Part shown: positions 11,777 to 15,993 of the stretch, one piece after another
Position numbering within the stretch: position 1 is the stretch's first letter
Layout: every line of letters starts with the position of its first letter
IMG/VR virus record: IMGVR_UViG_637000264_000001
Strand: one strand, 5' to 3'
Source of the DNA: a virus
Taxonomy: Duplodnaviria > Heunggongvirae > Uroviricota > Caudoviricetes
DNA length: 15,993 nt
Translations under genes and position numbers: made by a program
Notes under the pieces: generated by a model
What the model was told of the DNA's origin: nothing
The model's database searches: none
What the model saw: only the letters and a program-made list of their open reading frames with translations

Positions 11777-12469
11777 ATGTTATATGCATTTAAGCTGGGC
11801 AGAAAACTGCGCGGCGAGGAACCTTATTGCCCTGAAAAAGGCGGGAAAGGTGGCAGTTCTGATAAAAGCGCAAAGTATGCAGCAGAAGCCCAGAAGTATG
11901 CTGCAGACCTGCAAAATCAGCAGTGGCAGACGATCATGAAAAACCTTGCTCCGTTCACGCCTCTTGCGGAGCAGTATGTTAACCAGCTTCAGAACCTTTC
12001 CAGTTTAGAAGGTCAGGGGCAGGCACTTAATCAGTATTACAACTCTAAGCAGTATAAAGACCTTGCAGGGCAGGCGCGTTACCAGAGTCTTGCTGCTGCG
12101 GAGGCGACGGGTGGACTTGGTTCGACAGCCACAAGCAATCAACTGGCTACGATCGCGCCGACACTCGGTCAGTCTTGGTTATCAAATCAGATGAGCAATT
12201 ACAACAATCTGGCAAACGTTGGGCTTGGTGCGCTGCAAGGTCAGGCAAACGCCGGGCAGACGTACGCCAACAACATGAGCAGCATTGCACAGCAAAGCGC
12301 AGCTCTTGCCGCTGCTAATGCCAATAAACCATCAAGTCTTCAGACTGCAATTAGCGGTGGCACGTCTGGTGCGATTGCCGGTGCAGGTCTTGCCAGCCTT
12401 TTGGGAACATCAACGCCTTGGGGCGCTGGTATTGGTGCTGGTATCGGATTGCTTGGCTCGTTGTTTTAA
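11777..12469 (+). CDS. Ejection (injection) protein, P22 gp7-like (230 aa)
   Basis: Position after gp14-like; Gln/Asn/Ala-rich with Gly/Ala-rich hydrophobic C-terminus (GAIAGAGLASLLGTSTPWGAGIGAGIGLLGSLF). Confidence 0.75.
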   Translation: MLYAFKLGRKLRGEEPYCPEKGGKGGSSDKSAKYAAEAQKYAADLQNQQWQTIMKNLAPFTPLAEQYVNQLQNLSSLEGQGQALNQYYNSKQYKDLAGQARYQSLAAAEATGGLGSTATSNQLATIAPTLGQSWLSNQMSNYNNLANVGLGALQGQANAGQTYANNMSSIAQQSAALAAANANKPSSLQTAISGGTSGAIAGAGLASLLGTSTPWGAGIGAGIGLLGSLF

Positions 12470-12478
12470 GGGGGAATC

Positions 12479-13810
12479 ATGGCTACTTGGCAAGGAACAA
12501 ACGGCGGATTGTTGGCTGGTATCGGCGGCGTCAACTCAAACGCTCCGAGCGTAAATGACATCGGCAATACGCTTCAGCTTATCAGGCAGAACAATGATAT
12601 TGAGCGTTCAGGCGCTAACAATGTTGGGCTGACTGCTTTGCAAGGTCTTTCAGGTATTGCGGGTGTTTTTCAGCAGGAAAAGCAGGCTCAGCGGCAGAAA
12701 GAATTTCAGCAGGCGTACGCTAATGCTTATGCGTCTGGTGATCGCGGTGCTTTGCGTCAGTTGGCTACTCAATATCCAGACCAGATTGAATCCGTTCGTA
12801 AAGGCATGGGATTCATTGATGAAGAGCAGCGTAATTCTATCGGCACCTTAGCGGCTGGCGCACGCCTTGCGTCATCGTCTCCAGAAGCAATGCAATCATG
12901 GCTGCAAAACAACGCCGGTGAGTTAGCTCGTGTTGGCGTTAATCCTCATGACGTCGCTCAGATGTACCAACAGAACCCGCGGCAGTTCGGCGAATTTGTC
13001 GATCACCTGGGGATGAACAGTCTCGGGCCCGAAAAATACTTTGACCTACAGGATAAAATGCAGGGTCGCCAGGTTACCATGCGCGGTCAGGATCTGGATT
13101 CGCAAACCGCCGCTCGGAATCAGGCAATCACAATGCGCGGACAAGATATCCAGGCGAATTTAGGTCAGCAGCGCATTAATCTGGACGCAGAAACAAACCG
13201 CATTAACAACGAAAATAAGCGCCTTGACCGGATGCTATCAGCAGAAACTAACGACCTGAAGCGCCAGGAAATACAGAGCCGCATAGCAGCCAACAACCAG
13301 CAGTTGCAGCAGAAGCAGCAAGCGCTAAATGATGGCTACAAAGACGGCATCAACACCCTCACAACCAGCATGTTCACTCTGAACGATATCGTTAGTTCTC
13401 CTTCACTTAAGAGCATTACAGGCTTACGTGGAGTAATCCCCAACGTTCCAGGCTCACAGGCTGCAGACACTCAGGCACGACTTGATACCTTTAAATCACA
13501 AGCATACCTGACAGCGGTTCAGGCCATGCGAGGCATGGGCGCACTTTCTGATGCCGAGGGCAAAAAGCTCGACCAGGCTGTTGGTTCGCTGCAGAACTCG
13601 CAGAGCGAGGAGTCCTTTCGTCGCAACGCTGGCGTCATCCTGAACACGCTCAACCAGAAGCGTAATGAGGCGGTTGGTAAGTACGTTCAGCAAAACGGTA
13701 TCAAGCGAGTGGAAGCGCCTCAGGCTTCTATAGATTACCTGAAGCAGCACCCCGAGCTGTCAATCGACTTCATTAATCGCTACGGATATCTTCCATCTTT
13801 GGGGCAGTAA
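12479..13810 (+). CDS. Ejection protein, P22 gp20-like (443 aa)
   Basis: Synteny; Gln-rich predicted coiled-coil protein with internal repeat VTMRGQDLD / ITMRGQDIQ; RBS aaggggg upstream. Confidence 0.75.
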   Translation: MATWQGTNGGLLAGIGGVNSNAPSVNDIGNTLQLIRQNNDIERSGANNVGLTALQGLSGIAGVFQQEKQAQRQKEFQQAYANAYASGDRGALRQLATQYPDQIESVRKGMGFIDEEQRNSIGTLAAGARLASSSPEAMQSWLQNNAGELARVGVNPHDVAQMYQQNPRQFGEFVDHLGMNSLGPEKYFDLQDKMQGRQVTMRGQDLDSQTAARNQAITMRGQDIQANLGQQRINLDAETNRINNENKRLDRMLSAETNDLKRQEIQSRIAANNQQLQQKQQALNDGYKDGINTLTTSMFTLNDIVSSPSLKSITGLRGVIPNVPGSQAADTQARLDTFKSQAYLTAVQAMRGMGALSDAEGKKLDQAVGSLQNSQSEESFRRNAGVILNTLNQKRNEAVGKYVQQNGIKRVEAPQASIDYLKQHPELSIDFINRYGYLPSLGQ

Positions 13811-15541
13811 ATGGCTAATTACCGTGATTTGTTAGAGCAGGCTGGCGCACGTTACGGTGTGCCAGAAGGGTTGATGACTGCACTGGGTGCCAAGGAGTCT
13901 TCTTACAACCCTGCCGCAGTAAGCTCCGCCGGGGCTGTAGGATTGACTCAGGTCATGCCTGGGACATGGCGTGATATGGGTTATACCGATGAGCAAATGC
14001 AAAACCCCGAATATCAGGCTGACGCTGGCGCGCGCTATCTGGCAAAGATGTACCAGCAGTTTGGTAACTGGCGTGACTCTCTTCAGGCTTATCACGACGG
14101 TCCCGGCAACGTTATGAAGGCAAAGCGTGGTGAATATACGCCAGGACCTGAAGGCCGCGGTTACGTTGATGATCGCTTTGCTCAATGGGCTGGTGACCCG
14201 GTGACAGACTCAACAGTCGAACAGCGCGCCACCTCTGCAAAGGTACATCCTCAGCAAGACCCTAACAACCCGTTTGCACAACTGGAAGTACAGTCATCCG
14301 AACAAGTATCGGCATCAGGTGTGCAGTCAGACCCAAATAATCCATTTGCTCAGATTGAGCAGCAGGCAGCCAGTCAGCAGCCACCTCAACCCGTAAGTTC
14401 TGTCGCACCGAAACCTGTTCAGCAACAAACAGTTAATCAGGCCAATAATGCACCAACACGGGAAGAACCATCATTGATGCAACAAGCTGGCGATTGGCTC
14501 ACTGGTGGTCAAAGTGCAGGGCAAATTGCAGAACAGGCTGGTCGTGGTCTGGTAAACATACCATTTGACGTATTGCAGGGTGGCGCAAGTCTGATTAATG
14601 CAATCAGTCAGGGGCTTGGGGGGCCAAAAGTATTGGATGATGTTTATCGTCCAGTAGACAGACCGACAGACCCCTACGCGCAAGCTGGAGAGTCAATAGG
14701 CGGTTATCTTGTTCCTGGAGCAGGTGTAGCTGGAAACATGGTCATTGGTTCTCTCGCTGACGCGGCGAATCAACGGGGTGATTTTGCCGAAAATGCCGCT
14801 ATTAATGCCGGACTTAGCATTGCTACGCATGGCCTGATAAATGGCGTTACCCGTGGTGTTCGTGGTGCATCAAATATAATTAGTGGCAATAAAACATCTG
14901 CACAGAGAGCGACCACTGCGCCAACAGAAACATCACCATTCTCCGGTGATGCCGCTGCAGCAACAAATCCTGCGGTTCATGCCGCAGAGGCAAGAGTAGC
15001 ACAAGGTGTACCAATGACGCCTGCGACGAAGAACCCAGAGGAAGTCGTTCGCACAGTAGCAGCACAAAAAAGGCCAAATCTCGCTTCATCGCTTGATGAA
15101 CTAGATATCAATCCTCAGGCTGAAGTTCTGGAGTCTGCTGAAAGGCTTAATGTTGATTCATTACTCCCTTCACACTTTTCCGGGAACGAGCAATACAAGG
15201 CAGTTGAGCAAGCAATCAAGTCCCGTGCGGGTTCTGCTCTACAGGTGCAGGAAAATGAAGCAATCAGGCAGCTAGCACAGGGCGCGGGTGAGATAATTGA
15301 TCGCGTTTCCGGTGCAAAAGATGCTCTTGGTATGAGCGACAAGTTTATTGATACGGTCAATGGAAGAATGTCTGCGCTGATGAAACGAAGCGACCAGCTT
15401 TATCGCAATGTTGAAAAGGCGATGCCTGCAGGTGCAAAAATTGATGCGCCATCAACAAGGTCAATGCTCAAACAGGTGGCAGAAGATCTTGGCGGGATGA
15501 AAAACCTTGACCCTATTGAAAAGAGAGTTGAGGTAGCCTGA
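13811..15541 (+). CDS. Ejection protein (P22 gp16 position) with N-terminal lytic transglycosylase (SLT) domain; the last three codons and stop come from the adjacent IS600 end
   Basis: N-terminus has the SLT signature [28 protein letters not shown] ... AYHDGPGNV; the frame enters the IS600 terminus at 15529 and stops at 15539..15541 (...KRVEVA*), so the native 3' end is probably missing. Confidence 0.8.
   Translation: MANYRDLLEQAGARYGVPEGLMTALGAKESSYNPAAVSSAGAVGLTQVMPGTWRDMGYTDEQMQNPEYQADAGARYLAKMYQQFGNWRDSLQAYHDGPGNVMKAKRGEYTPGPEGRGYVDDRFAQWAGDPVTDSTVEQRATSAKVHPQQDPNNPFAQLEVQSSEQVSASGVQSDPNNPFAQIEQQAASQQPPQPVSSVAPKPVQQQTVNQANNAPTREEPSLMQQAGDWLTGGQSAGQIAEQAGRGLVNIPFDVLQGGASLINAISQGLGGPKVLDDVYRPVDRPTDPYAQAGESIGGYLVPGAGVAGNMVIGSLADAANQRGDFAENAAINAGLSIATHGLINGVTRGVRGASNIISGNKTSAQRATTAPTETSPFSGDAAAATNPAVHAAEARVAQGVPMTPATKNPEEVVRTVAAQKRPNLASSLDELDINPQAEVLESAERLNVDSLLPSHFSGNEQYKAVEQAIKSRAGSALQVQENEAIRQLAQGAGEIIDRVSGAKDALGMSDKFIDTVNGRMSALMKRSDQLYRNVEKAMPAGAKIDAPSTRSMLKQVAEDLGGMKNLDPIEKRVEVA
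14258..14359 (+). repeat. Direct repeat encoding DPNNPFAQ(L/I)E twice, 72 nt apart, in the linker after the SLT domain
   Basis: gaccctaacaacccgtttgcacaactggaa (14258) and gacccaaataatccatttgctcagattgag (14330). Confidence 0.75.
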
Positions 15542-15612
15542 GTTTAACGGACACTCCTTCCTGAAATAGAATGGCATCAGAAGGAGCTAATAATGAGCAG
15601 AAAAACCCAACG
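15529..15612 (+). mobile_element. IS600 left-end fragment (terminal repeat plus first 7 codons of orfA), interrupted by the IS629-type element
   Basis: tgaggtagcctgagtttaacggacactccttcctgaaatagaatggcatcagaaggagctaataATGAGCAGAAAAACCCAACG matches my recollection of the IS600 left end and orfA start (MSRKTQR); continuity then breaks into the IS629 terminus. Confidence 0.6.
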
Positions 15613-15993
15613 TGAACCGCCCCGGGAATCCTGGAGACTAAACTTCCTGAGAAAGAGGTAAACAGGATGACTAAAAATACTCGTTTTTCCCCCGAAGTCC
15701 GTCAACGGGCAGTCCGTATGGTTCTGGAAAGTCAGGGCGAATATGACTCACAATGGGCGACAATTTGTTCCATTGCCCCAAAGATTGGCTGTACGCCGGA
15801 GACTCTGCGTGTCTGGGGTCGCCAGCATGAGCGGGATACCGGGGGCGGTGATGGAGGGCTCACCACCGCTGAACGTCAGCGTCTGAAAGAGCTGGAGCGT
15901 GAAAATCGTGAACTGCGCCGCAGTAACGATATCCTTCGCCAGGCTTCCGCTTATTTTGCGAAGGCGGAGTTCGACCGCCTCTGGAAAAAATGA
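15613..15993 (+). mobile_element. IS629 / IS1203-type element (IS3 family), left end and orfA; continues beyond the window
   Basis: Left terminus tgaaccgccccgggaatcctggagactaaacttcctgagaaagaggtaaacagg followed by orfA; matches the recalled IS629/IS1203 left end. Confidence 0.85.
15667..15993 (+). CDS. IS629/IS1203 OrfA (108 aa)
   Basis: [108 protein letters not shown]; ends in ggaaaaaatga, the expected orfA/orfB overlap. Confidence 0.88.
   Translation: MTKNTRFSPEVRQRAVRMVLESQGEYDSQWATICSIAPKIGCTPETLRVWGRQHERDTGGGDGGLTTAERQRLKELERENRELRRSNDILRQASAYFAKAEFDRLWKK

Noticed and set aside
13832-14185. 117-aa minus-strand ORF opposite the SLT domain
   Set aside because: Antisense to a strongly supported coding segment; no independent support.

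Overview
This window reads as the late (virion morphogenesis) operon of a P22/Sf6-like lambdoid prophage on the + strand, broken at both ends by IS3-family insertion sequences. The left ~2.9 kb is IS2 (window starts inside it, ends ~1285), a 338-bp orphan minus-strand gene remnant, and a complete-looking IS911 copy (1624..2873, minus strand) that cuts off the 5' half of the large terminase gene. From 2874 to 15528 an uninterrupted, translationally coupled run encodes the terminase C-terminal fragment, portal, scaffold, coat, a small unknown ORF, gp4-, gp10-, tail-needle-, gp14-, gp7-, gp20- and gp16-like proteins. The last gene runs into what I recognise as an IS600 left end, which is itself interrupted after codon 7 of its orfA by an IS629/IS1203-type element that runs off the window. 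The IS2 + IS911 + IS600 + IS629 combination suggests a Shigella or closely related E. coli host (inference). All family assignments are from reading the translated ORFs and recalled IS end sequences; no database search was run. I do not see a clearly novel multi-gene system. The items most worth follow-up are the lytic-transglycosylase domain at the N-terminus of the last ejection protein, the small ORF between coat and gp4, the orphan fragment between IS2 and IS911, and the nested IS600/IS629 insertion.
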